Source of the DNA: Pavona decussata
Taxonomy: Eukaryota
Assembly: GCA_977016875.1 (NCBI GenBank)
Contig: CDRNST010000323.1
Span: forward strand, 1,426,001-1,490,000
Length of the DNA stretch: 64,000 nucleotides
Reading direction: 5' to 3'
Shown: positions 1-12,200 of the stretch, in pieces
How the letters are laid out: every line of letters begins with the position of its first letter
Position numbering within the stretch: the stretch's first letter is position 1
The notes under the pieces: model-generated
Told to the model about the DNA's origin: nothing
Database searches by the model: none
What the model saw: only the letters and a program-made list of their open reading frames with translations
Position numbers and translations under genes: made by a program

Positions 1-606
1 TAGTTTAAATTTGTTTTCAATTGGTTCTGCATTATTTTTGAATTACACTCAAATCAGTCCACAGTATCCCTTGACTGGGTTAGAGAAAGCATTTCTCTAA
101 AAATTTTACAAACTTGTAAACAGTTCAATTCCCAGTTGTGCCTTTTCCTAGATGGCAGCTCAACATATTTTGCAAAGGTCAATTACATGTATCTAGACTT
201 TGGTAGGTACAAATTTATTGGCTAAGCGGTGGCAAAGCGATGCCAACCTCCAGCAAACAGGTGTTTGTGGGGAGGAAAGTAAAACTAATACATTCATGTA
301 CGACTCCCCTGGGAGGCTTGAGGGGGAAACATGTCTTTTTATGCTTGAAAATGCTGATGTTCCATATATAACAGCTGCACCATTCAGCCTTATTAAAAAT
401 GTGAAGAAGAGCCCTAACATGCAACTCAATAAACTAGTTTACAAGTAATTTTAATTAGAGAGTGCCTTAGTCAGAGAAACCTCTAAAACAGCAATATACA
501 TTGTACTATATAAGCATGTATGTATGTCCATGGAGCATCTTTGATTTTCAAGTAATATACCTAATACTTATGAAAAGTTGCCAGCAAGGATAGTGGCCTA
601 CAGTAA

Positions 607-913
607 AGGCCCTTTTAAACTGTTTCAACATTTGACTAACATTTGTCCAACAAAAGTTGAACAGATGTTGGACGAAAGTTGGATGAACGGGGTGTTCAAA
701 CCACTTCAACACCATTTAACAATTTCAAGAACAAAGGAAATGTTGAAGCCACATTGAATGAAAGTTTAAACCAATTTAAATTCAATTCAACACACTTTCA
801 ACAAGCTTTCAACATTTTTTGCACTTTCACCAACGTTGAACGACCTGTTAAAACGCTCCTAACGTTTGGTTCAACAAAGTGTTGAACGCATGTTGAACCG
901 TTTAAACGGGCCT
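607..913. mobile_element. PIF/Harbinger-like MITE
   Basis: Imperfect TIRs AGGCCCTTTTAAACTGTTTCAACAT / ATGTTGAACCGTTTAAACGGGCCT flanked by TAA on both sides (604-606, 914-916); internal gttgaa/ttcaac repeats. Confidence 0.65.
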
Positions 914-1749
914 TAAGATGTTCTTTGCATACACCATCTTCAAAGTCTATGAAAGTGACTAGAGCCACAAAAAGTTCATGATTTCAAGCAAATGGGTAAA
1001 ATTTACTTCTTTGCATTGGCAAACCCAAACAGCTGAAGGCATTCAAGCATTAAGACAACAAATCAAAACACCCAGGGAGGCTTTATGCTACAAAACATAT
1101 TGATACTGTTGTGGCAACAAAAAAATTTAATGAAAATTTATTCACAAAGACCTAATATGTGTGTATGCAAATATTATGAAAAGTCAGGGCGAAACACAGG
1201 CAGGTGCGACTGAAGGAAAATGGAGGCAATGTAAATTTTATCCGTAAATTTCATCAAAAATCAACATATTACTATCAAGCACAATTCTAAGCTAAGAAAG
1301 AGAAAACTATTTGTGAATTGTTAGGCAAGACAGTACTCAGGGCAGTAATACCCTGACTGAGTAAATACTTTTGAAATATTGACTTTCCAAAGGTACTCTG
1401 AGAAAGGACACTATATGAAATCAAAATGTGTTAATGACCATTCGCATTTGTTCATTGACTTCCTATTCAAGAATCACGATCGATGTTTTCAATGGAGAAG
1501 GATGACTACCATCTTCTCGCTTTGAGAAAATTTAAAAGTTCATGAAATTATCGCGTGAAATGACACCGCGGGGATACCCAGGGATGTATTTACAAACATT
1601 TGACTAGCAAATTTTATTAAACGGCGGACAACGGAAGCACGTACTAATTCATGATTCCTAAACAAAGCCATCAAGACAATACAAGTGAGACGCAATCTTA
1701 TAAACTCAGCTAGCTGAATAGCAGAATGCAATAATTATTGTTCTCAAAC

Positions 1750-3033
1750 CTCGGAGTATTCTTCTCCGCTGGTGTACTCGCTTCCACTGACATAACTTCC
1801 CGATTGCGAGTTTTGCTCTTGTTCGGCCTGGAAATTAACAGAAAATGTATAAAAATAAAAACCACTGTTTAAATATTTTATGAACACATGCCGTCCGGTT
1901 CATTGACTACGAACGGCGTCCTCTGTTGTCATGCGATTAACCCCACGCAACATGAATCATCACATACTTTTCAAAACAAAGTTTGCTTCCTTGATGAGAT
2001 ATTTCCGAGACAAAATTTTGATTCCTTATCAAAGGAAAACTCCGGTTCTCTCATCAACTCAGGTCTCATAGCGTATATACATGTATATAGCGAACAATAA
2101 AGCTATCTATGTAGCAAGGTGTTCGCATGAAACAAAAGTTGGAAGCCATCCATATCCAATTTCGCATTGCAAGTTTCGTGACCTGACAGAAAATGGCATA
2201 TCTCGCCAAAAAAAAACACACACACACTCAACAAAATTATCTACCTCATAAGCTTTTCATATTGCGATAAGCCCGACGTTTATTTTCATTCCGATCGATA
2301 TTTATTTCATGTCAATATCAGTTTGTTACTTTCAGTGATCGATTTCACTGAAAGGTTTATATTTATACCTTATCATTTCACCTAGAGTCAACAATCAAGC
2401 TTTTGAGTTTATAGACGAAATTCTAGAGTGTTATCATGCAGATGAAATCTGCAGAACAGCTATTTCCTGTGTCGTCAATATTTTTCCATATTAAAATCAT
2501 ATTCTGACTTTCTAAAAAGCTTTTCGTGATGTGATCGCAAAGTGATTTTACAAATCTAGCTCAAATCTACTTACATCAAAAGGAATGGGTGACCCCAGTT
2601 CAGATGCGATCGAGGGAGCATCCCTGTCAGTGTCTGCCTGGCTTATTTCCTCCACCTCAACATCCTCACCCTCCCCTTTACCAACTTTCTCCTCTCCTGT
2701 TACTGCAGCCTCATGATGCAGTTTCGCACCGCGATCTTGCGAAGTGCTTCTTCGTCTTCTCTCTTTAGCGCCGGGCGAGGGGCTTTGCGCTGAGCCACTT
2801 GTAGAAGATGTCCCTTTCTTCTTCTTTTTCTTTGTCCCTGTGCCCGATTTCTTCTTTTGGAACATCTTGAGCTGCAAAGTTAACAAAAGACCAACGATTC
2901 AGCGCTAGTCGTGCACTCTACTCGATCAAAGTTTATGAACTTCGCGCGCTTCAGCCACGTCACACGCTTCAATTCTCACCTTCTCTTTCCCTGCCTCCAG
3001 CTTTCTCTGCCTTTCTGAATCGTCGCTTTCCAT
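1750..3033 (-). CDS. 5' exons of an AKAP9/pericentrin-like (or golgin-like) coiled-coil protein gene, continuing off the left edge
   Basis: Exons 3033-2980 (MESDDSERQRKLEAGKEK), 2871-2575 (LKMFQKKKSGTGTKKKKKKG...PIPFD), 1827-1750 (AEQEQNSQSGSYVSGSEYTSGEEYSE); GT-AG junctions, all phase 0. N-terminus resembles AKAP9 MEDEERQKKLEAGKAKLAQF...KKQKKKRK (from memory). Confidence 0.7.
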
Positions 3034-3291
3034 GGTGAAGCAGTCGTGTATTTTTTGTTGTTCGCTAGGAGTCTTTTACGCAGGCATCATTTACGCACGT
3101 TCTGGTCCGCGTCTACCAGCTCAACCGCCATTTTCAGCTAGCTTTGTTGTCGTTCCATCGTAATTCTGATCACGTGTCTATCCGATGACTTTTCGGAAAT
3201 CTTCGCCAGAAACGAAGGTGTCTGAGGAGAGGATGACATTGCAGACTGATTGCATTGCACTGTGGGTAAATCGGTGAGAAGGAAATCAAAG
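3034..3291. promoter_or_regulatory. Bidirectional promoter/5' UTRs between divergent AKAP9-like and PSMD11 genes
   Basis: Only 258 bp between divergent ATGs; YY1-like CCGCCATTTT (~3125-3134), E-box CACGTG (3171-3176), AAGATGGCG across the PSMD11 start. Confidence 0.6.
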
Positions 3292-6200
3292 ATGGCGAAC
3301 GAACTTGAGGTAGCTGAAGAATTGTCAAATTCCTCGCCGGAACAGGCCATGGAATTGCTCTCCTCAATAGGTAAAACACTTTTCATCAAACGTTAAGTTA
3401 TTGTTACACTTTTTTTTTCTCAAAAATACTTTTTTTCTGGATAGTCGATCTTGTCAGTACCGAGAAGTTTTCTTCATGAATTCTTTCTTCAATTGTCTTT
3501 TGGTATGGTAGTAAAACGTGACTTTGAAGCCAGTGACGAAGAAGGCATGAAAATGAAAGAACAAGCCATCCTTAGTCTTGGAAAAATGCTTTCAAAGCAT
3601 GGAAAAGCAGAAGGTGAGGTTATATATATTAGAGTTAAATTGGGGATGAATTTAATTAAAAGTTTGACAAAATATCTACTTCAATCTACTGTACTGAAAA
3701 AGATGGTGATTGGCACATGTACCCATAATTAACATAACTTCACTTATCTTGGGCAAAACGGCGAAAAAACATCGAAGAAATCTGAAAGTACATGGAATTT
3801 GTGTACACACATGGATTTCAAGCACTGAGCCTACAATCTTTTCACCCCTAAGTGTGCTTTATTTACCATGCCACGAATATGATAGTAGCATGGTTTATGA
3901 GGCTTATTTCTGTATCAGTATGATTACCAATTACTACACAAGATCCAGGCAATCTGACCTACACCTACCAAGATGGTGCCTAAACCCTAACATCGCATGG
4001 CATCCAGACCTATACCCACAGTCATAAGTGACTTGCGGGACACCATTAGTATGCGTTGTCCTTCGTCAAATGCAATTACAATCACTGAAGTGACATACAT
4101 TACAAGTCATGTTGTATAAAGCAAAGCCAAATTTTGACAATAGTTTGAAAATATTTCAGTTCAGAACCTACTGTATCATCTTTACTTGTAAATGTTTTAA
4201 AATTACATCTCAGTAAATTGACTGTGATTACTTTTCATTGGATAGAGCTTGGTGGCCTTATCAAGTTTATTAGACCATTCCTTAAAACAGTTTCAAAAGC
4301 AAAAGCTGCCAAGCTGGTCAGAAACTTGGTTGACATATTTCTGGATATGGAAGCAACAACAGGAATGGAGGTACATGTAGAGACAAAATTAAATGTTTGG
4401 GGATCAGGGATGGCACAGTGGTGGCGCACTTGTCTCCCACCATTGTGGCCCGGGTTCGATTCCCTGAGTCAGCATCATAAGTGGGTTGCGTTTGTTGTTG
4501 GTTCTTTTCCTTACTCCGAGAGGTTTTTCTCCAGGTACCCTGGTTTTCTCCTCTCCTCCAAAACCAACGTTTCCAAATTCCAATTCAATCTGGAATCTGA
4601 GGGCCACAGATTTATCAGTCGTAAAGACTGTTAAGTGTAAATACCCTGAATGTCGGTCGCTTCGCCTACAGGTCAACTTGCCTACAGGTTAACTCGCCTA
4701 CACTGAAGTTAACTCGCCTACACATGTGAAGTTAATTTGCCTACACTTTAGGTTAACTCGCCTACACATTCGAAGTTGCTTTGAAATGAAGACTTTTGAT
4801 GTTATAACATAAAGCATTGATGAAAACTAAGAGGTAAATACAGAACAACTAAATAACAGCGAACCACCAATCAATTGCCATCTGAATGGTTTTGGGTTTT
4901 GGACTGTCAGTGGCTATACCCAATTTTGATTGCGCAGTTGGACGTTTTTCATTGGGCCTCGTGGGTTGTCAGTTGTTGCCAATGTTCCTAAAAGTTTTAG
5001 TGTCCAAACTAGAGAATTTCATACCAAATTTTACAAAGGGAAGGATACAGTACCGCTCAAAAGTAAGTTACCAGTCTCGTCTCATTTCTCGCGAGACGAG
5101 AGTTGCGTCTCTCGAGACGAGATTCTCGTCTCGAGAGACGCGACTCTCGTCTCTCGATACGAGAATCTCGTCTCGCGAGAATCACTGAAGCGAAAATTTT
5201 GGAATATTACCGAGTTTCTCGTGAGAAGAAAACCACCGAGTTTCTCGCGCACTTGTCTTGTGATGCGTTTGTCCGTGCCTTTTTTAAAACGCATGCCAAC
5301 GTGTTCGCATTGTAAGAGTTATGTGATTCGAAACAATTTTGTCTTTATTCAGTTCAAAGGTTTCGATTCGTGCACAATGTAAGAGATGATTTATTTTACA
5401 AAAACCGTGTCTTCAGTCACTTCAAAGGTTTCGTTTAGTAACAAGTTTGCAAAGCGATACGCTAAGCAACCTCATGTCTTCAGTCACTTCAAAGGTTTCG
5501 TTTTACGTGTAATAGCGACGAGTTTGTAAAGCGATGCGCTAAGCGAACTCGCCGGGAAATCAATTTGCAATTGAAACTTTCCCGCAAACACACACAATTC
5601 CTACATTAAAGTTCACCGCGGTTCAAATTTGCATACATGACATGTATCGTGCTTTGCTAATTACCGCTATGGAATCGAACTTCTTTCAATCTTTGTGGTT
5701 GCAAGCAAATGCGATTTCTACCACGGAGAAAAACAGAGTTGTGAACAAAGAAAATCGAAAACGCTAACGTTGTTGAAGAGCTGGCGTATACTGTGTAGTT
5801 CTGGTTTAGAATTGATTTCAGTTCATTGAGCACCGAATTTGCATATCGGCAACGCGAAGATGTCAAAGGTTACCGCGCCGCACTTACATCTCAACCTTCG
5901 AAACTGGAGATTTTGATCAGAAAGTTTCATTTGCAAAGCATTGCGATTTCGCCTTCAAACGCATTGAACTTGGATGTATAAGAAACGAAACAATTTGCAC
6001 TTGAAAACCAACTCAACGCGAACTTGCAAGTGAAACATACGACATCCTCAATGTGTTCAAGAAAGTGTAACGCAATGGCTTCATAAAAAAAAACTATAAA
6101 AGATCCAACTTATCATATTTATTACATTTTCGTTTTATTTACATTTACACGAAGTCGCTTTTTATTAGCCATTAGTTCCAATAACCCAACGTGCCACTTC

Positions 6201-9200
6201 CGAATAAATGCGCAATGACAGATTTATAAACAGGTCTTCGCAGCCGTCGTTCGCTTAAACTGACACTCAACTTGATATCCTCGCAAAACTCTCGCGAAAA
6301 AGTCAAGCCTTAGTAAATGTACTTACAGTTTTTACACCGTCTCGCGAGACGAGTATCTTGTCTCTCGAGACGAGACTCTCGTCTCTCGAGACGAGAATCG
6401 CGTCTCGCGAGAGGGTGGTAACTTACTTTTGAGCGGTACTGTACCATCCAAGGAATCACTAAAGTAAATAGGTAAGTAATTTCTGCTCCCGAGAGGGGTC
6501 TCGAAATGTAATAACAAATGTTTCGATTGTAAAATACGGCATTTTGAAAGTTACAGCGGACAGTCGTACCGTCGAACCATCTATTTCATTTTGTCAACAC
6601 CACGCATTATAATAAGCCACAAATTAAAACAACATTTTTTAACCCGTATGTATTTTTATTTAGTGTACATCAATGTTTCATTTAAGCTTATTTACATATT
6701 AAGGTTTACACTGTATGTGTATGACATTTCGTCCTTTTAATTAAGCTTAAACCTTCTAAATTTTCTTATTAATTAAATGAAATTACAGTTAAATTGTCTA
6801 TACTTGTAACCCTAACCCCCAACTTAAAGCTAAATGGAAGGTTCCAAGAATAAGGTCGAATAAGCTCAATGTAGTATAATATAGCTACAAAAACTGCAAA
6901 ACTGGAAAGCACATGATTTTTAGACTTAGAACTTAAGAAGAAATAACCCACACTTGTGAATATTGAAATAACCTATACTTGATTTGATACTATAGAACTA
7001 TAGAAGAAATAACCTTCACTTGTAAATTTTATGAAACTGGAAAACACTTGATTTGATATTTAAACTTGAAATTACAGCTAAATTACTTGTAACCCTAACC
7101 CCCAACTTAAAGCTAAATAATGTTGAAAGGTTCCAAGAATTAAGTTGAATTAGCTCAATACAGTATAATATACATAAGTTTAATAAATAAGTACATAGTG
7201 TATTATACATAAGTATAGTAAACATGATTTTTAGATTTGGAACTATAGAAAAAATAACCCACACTTGTAAATGTTATGAAACTGGAAAACACTTGATTTG
7301 ATATCCAAACTTGAAATTACAACTAAATTGTCTATACTAGTAACCGTAACCCACAACTTAAAGCTAAATAATGTCAGAAGGTTCAAGAATTTAGTTAAAT
7401 TTACTTCTAGATGAACGGAAAAAAAAAACTAATTGCTGCGAACTGGCCCATTTAATGTCCACATGCCCTCAAAAGCTGTTGAACTGTGGTGTGGTTCTCT
7501 AAGTAGTTCTCCCAGTGATCAAAAATCTTGCTTTGTAACGATCGATAGATCTTCCGCTGGATTCGTTTCAGCTTCTTTTCCGAAACCAACCTGACATGAA
7601 GGGCAGCGAGCCTGGCTTCTCTGACGTGTAACAGTTGAATCAGCAAATAAAAGGGCATCTGCCACCTTCCTGCTGCTGACATCCATTTCTTTATTTACTG
7701 AGGGAAGAAACAGATTATTTTCACTACTAGAAATACGTGACTCGCAAAACCTCGCGAGGCTGGGGCTGGGTGGAAAGCCCTCTTTACTCGTATTGTAGCA
7801 TCGAATGAGGAGATTAAAAGGTTTTGTGAACATAGCAACTATTTTGATGAGCATGGTCTTTTCGTAGTTCCACAGGCTAGTTTGCGGTTTGCGGTTAAAA
7901 ATCTATTTCTGACGAGATGAAATGTACAACGGGCGTGCATCGATGAATTTATTTCCCACGGAAAATTATTTTACCGCGGCCACAAAACGTGTAATTTCTT
8001 CAATGCAATCTTTCACAAAAAAGATTTCTGGAAGAAAGGGAAAAGATTCTGGAGAGATTGATCTGTATCCAGGGAATATTGATTACATTTTATCCGACAC
8101 GCAAACTTTCCCGATGTATGCAAATTTTGCTGCAGACGACGCCAGACAACCTGACGTCATTCATACTTTGTTTTTCACCGTTGCTAGGCAATATGCGGAC
8201 ACCTTCACGGAAATATATAAACATACATACATACATATATATAAATATATGTTCGGCTCGAATTTTCACGGCTTAGCTCCCGAGCGCGGCCTTCGGCGGG
8301 CCTTCGGCCCGACAAATTTATTAACCTCGCTACGCTCGGGCCTTCAGCCCTCGCTTCGCGAGGAATAAATTATATGTAAATGATTTCAAAATAAATTTTT
8401 TCTATTTTTTTTTTCTATCTGCCATACCAGTTAAGGAATATGTGGGGAACGAAGATCGTAGCAAACGTTATGCAAATCCAAAACATTGTCTTTTATTTTA
8501 AAGCATTATACAAATATTGTGGTTAATTTTCTCTGAAAAATTTTCTTATACCACAGAAAATACTATTGAATTAGTAGGCACCATCCTTAACTCAATTTAG
8601 TACCTTATGAAAATCCAAAACATTGTCATACATTATACAAATATTGTGGTTAATTTTTACCTCTTAGTTTTCATTAATGCTTTATGTTATAACATCAAAA
8701 GTCTTCATTTCAAAGCAACTTCGAATGTGTAGGCGAATTAACTTCACATGTGTAGGCGAGTTAACTTCATTGTAGGCGAGTTAACGTGTAGGTGAGTTGA
8801 CCTGTAGGCGAAGCGACCGGTTTCCAATACCCTCATTAAACCAAGTCAATTAATTTTATTTAATATTTCAAGGGGTTTGTAGGGCAGTTGCTTTTACCTG
8901 CATTTCACTGTCAGTAACGCAATTGTCATTGATTACCATTTGTTGCAAACTTTGATCTTCTATAATTGAATGAATTTCAATAATGAATGTCCTGCAGTGC
9001 TTTCTATTTAGCCAAAATTTTCAGTTTAACCAGTTGAACTGCAAGTCTTACATTCGGATAAAACAGAAATTTTTCGGGGGTTCTCCACTTGCTGAAACGG
9101 AAAAAATACAGGTGACCTACACAAAAGATACTGATGCTTGCCTTATTTCCTTTGTTCACAACCGCAAATGCTTTGCTTGGCTTGCTTCTGTCTTGGACAC

Positions 9201-12200
9201 AAGAGAAATCAGTCAAGTGTTGGTTCTTCTTTTGTGCAGGTCACTTGCATTTTAAAGAAAATAAAACAGAAAGCTATTTCTTCTTTATTAAGTATCTTGC
9301 TCAAAACCCAAGTACACAACTAAGTTCTCACATGATAACTGGTCTCCATTCCAAAATAGAGCATACCTGGAGTAATTTTGATTTCAAGGCAAAGAAGACA
9401 CTAATGGTAGTATTGCCTAAACGCATCAGTAATATTAATAATGATTTTATTACGTCTCAACAAGGTTGAACTCTGCAATGAGTGCATTGAATGGGCCATG
9501 CAAGAGAAAAGAACATTTTTGAGACAAGCTCTAGAGGTAGGTGAAGCTATTCAAAAAATAAGTTACTGTATATTAGTGTTTCTTAACCCTTTAACCCCAT
9601 CCCTAATATCAAAGAACAAATTCTCGTTTCTTGTCGCCATACTTTTCTTATAAAAGTACTGGGGAGAAGTTATTAAAATATCAAGAAATTTCACCTTGGG
9701 TGATCATATCCTTAATTCTCATGACCTCAGGAATTGAATAAGCATTGATATTACAAGGAGAAATTTGATGCTGACCACTGTTAGGGCTTAAAGGGTTAAA
9801 TGGTGATGATTACCTGTACTGCAGTATTGTCCTACATGTATTTACATTGTTCTGTTGCACCGTATTTCAGGCAAGATTGGTGGGTTTGTATCTTGATACG
9901 AAGGACTACTCAAAAGCATTACAAATAGGTGAGTCTTGTTTCATTTCATGTTGATGTCATATATAAGCTCCGAGAAATGTTGAAAAGATTGCCAATTTTC
10001 AAACAAAGATGGTTAGAATCCTTTGGAATCATCACTGAACATTTTTGCTGATCTTGATCTTTGTCTTTCTGAAGGTTCAAAGCTATTAAAGGAGCTCAAA
10101 AAGCTGGACGACAAGGCTTTACTTGTTGAAGTACAGTTACTGGAAAGCAAGGTGTACCACAATCTGAGCAACATTCCCAAATCCAGGTTAGAATAGGCCA
10201 TTTTCACAATGGCATCATTTACTACAACTACAGCTGTACATGTACCTGAGAATCCTTCAGTTCGTTTTTTTCTCTTGCAAATTAGGGAGGCAGCATAGCC
10301 CAGTGGTTAGGGCTCCGGACTTGAAACCTAGAGGTCGTGGGTTCAAGTCCTGGTCCCAGTTGTTCAAAGAGTGGATAATTTTAGCCACTGGATAGGTCGC
10401 TATCCGGCAGATAAAATGTGTGCAAGATTTCCCTGATAGTCCCATAATTTGTGGATAAAGTAGAATTATATGTCAAATTTAAGTATGGGATTGTGTGGAA
10501 AACTTGCCAAAAGCGTTAGTTGGAGTACATCTGCTCCGCTGGATAGTGACTTATCCAGTGGATAAAGTTATCCACTCTTTGAACAACTGGGGCCTGCTCT
10601 GACCGCTAGCTAAAGTTGTTTCTTGCATTGAGAGTAAAAGTAGAAAGTGAGACTAAAAGTTTTACTTAAAGTTTCCCAAGATTTTCCGTTCTACTGACAT
10701 GAATGGTTGAAAGTAGAGAGAGTTGCAGTGTTTGCTAATTTTATTTTGATTAATTTAATAAATTGATTGCAATGTTGTACAGGGCTGCACTAACTTCAGC
10801 AAGAACAACGGCAAATGGGATTTACTGTCCTCCCAAACTGCAGGCATCGTTAGATCAGCAGTCAGGTAACAACCATCCAATAAGCATTGATAAAGTGCAT
10901 GTGAACTGCTGGGCTGGCTAGACTACTCAATACAAAACAGGCACAAATGCCTCCAGACTAACACATAATTCCCAGAGTAGGGTAAAAGTGAGAACAGCTC
11001 ACCTTCCCCGACTCTCGGTCAACTGTTGGCCAACTGTCAGCCAACTACATATCTTCTGATCGATTCCCGGCAGGTTACAAACAGTCCACTAGATGAAAAA
11101 ATTTGACTGAAACTCACTGAAACGTTAAAAAAAAAAAGAAATGACCATAAAAACATGATTCAAAAGCAACAAAGTCTTCAAAAAAGCTTACCTATAGAAA
11201 GCTTACATTGACTTGGTTACTGTTCAACTTACCTTTACTGTACATACATATGCCACTGTTTTGCTTCAAACTCAGATTAAACTAAAACCACAAGCCACGT
11301 CGAAAAGACCATTTTCCTTTTGAATCACCCTATAATTATTCATTGCAGTGGGAACGGGAGACAGGAACTAATGCTGTTGATCATGGAGGGTTGACACAAG
11401 GCCTGAGCTCAGTGAAACAAGCTGGAAAGAATTCCCAGCTGTTGAATCCATAAATTCATCTCAGATGATCGGCCTAATCTGTAGTTCTACATGGGACGGA
11501 CAGATTTCATGTTTAACTTACCTGTTTGATTGCCGTTTTAATTCTTCTTATCAGGCATTTTACATGCTGAAGAAAAGGACTTCAAAACTGCATACTCCTA
11601 CTTCTATGAAGCCTTTGAGGTAACAGCATTTTAATGGTTCAGAAATGTTTATTAAGCTATTGGTAATTTTATAATTAGTATTTTCCTTCATGGCCTTGAG
11701 GAAGATAAACAGGGCACCAATTTTGCAATCTGATTTTCCCCGTGCCCTGAGTATCCAAGAGTTTTGAGTATAATAGTTGTGTTATTGATTTACTTACTAA
11801 TACTGACTTACTGAGTCACGTACTTAATTTGGTTCACAGTCAAGTGCATGTAAATGTAGTAATACATAACTACATGTAATTATACCAGTTTTGAAGAATG
11901 ACTCTGTAATGTCATCACAGCACTCTGAATGTAGACAGCAGTCAAACCTCTCTCAACAGACGCCTCTTTTTGTTATTCATCACATTGTTAAACTCATCAC
12001 CAATAGATGAGCTTGGGAGTTGGTGCCTTTGAAGTTGGTGGAGCCGGGCAATGCTCTTGCATGAGGAGGAGGTATCCATGGCAACCCTGCGAGCGGCCCC
12101 CACCAAGCACCGTCACACTGAACAGTTCAGTGGAATACTTACCGACCCAATACTTACCTAGCCCCCACCGAGAGGGAGGGATGGGATGGGAAAAAACAAA

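Larger units (their letters stand above)
4648..8825 (-). mobile_element. Non-autonomous Mutator-like (MULE) DNA transposon with ~190-bp repeat-rich TIRs
   Basis: TIRs (4648-~4838 / ~8656-8825) built of TTAACTCGCCTACA repeats; direct duplication AATACCCT at 4640-4647 and 8826-8833; internal transposase C-terminal remnant. Confidence 0.85.

Noticed and set aside
1290-1397. Possible fourth exon of the AKAP9-like gene
   Set aside because: Acceptor is plausible but the donor and frame are uncertain
4400-4465. tRNA genes (also ~10284-10350 and ~59010-59080)
   Set aside because: A/B boxes are present but there is no full cloverleaf; they continue into SINE bodies
4886-5382. ORFs with RETR/SRDE repeats
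   Set aside because: Translation of subterminal repeats of the Tc1-type element
11988-12104. HDV-like ribozyme in repeat B
   Set aside because: A CCTCCTC motif is present but I could not build the nested double pseudoknot
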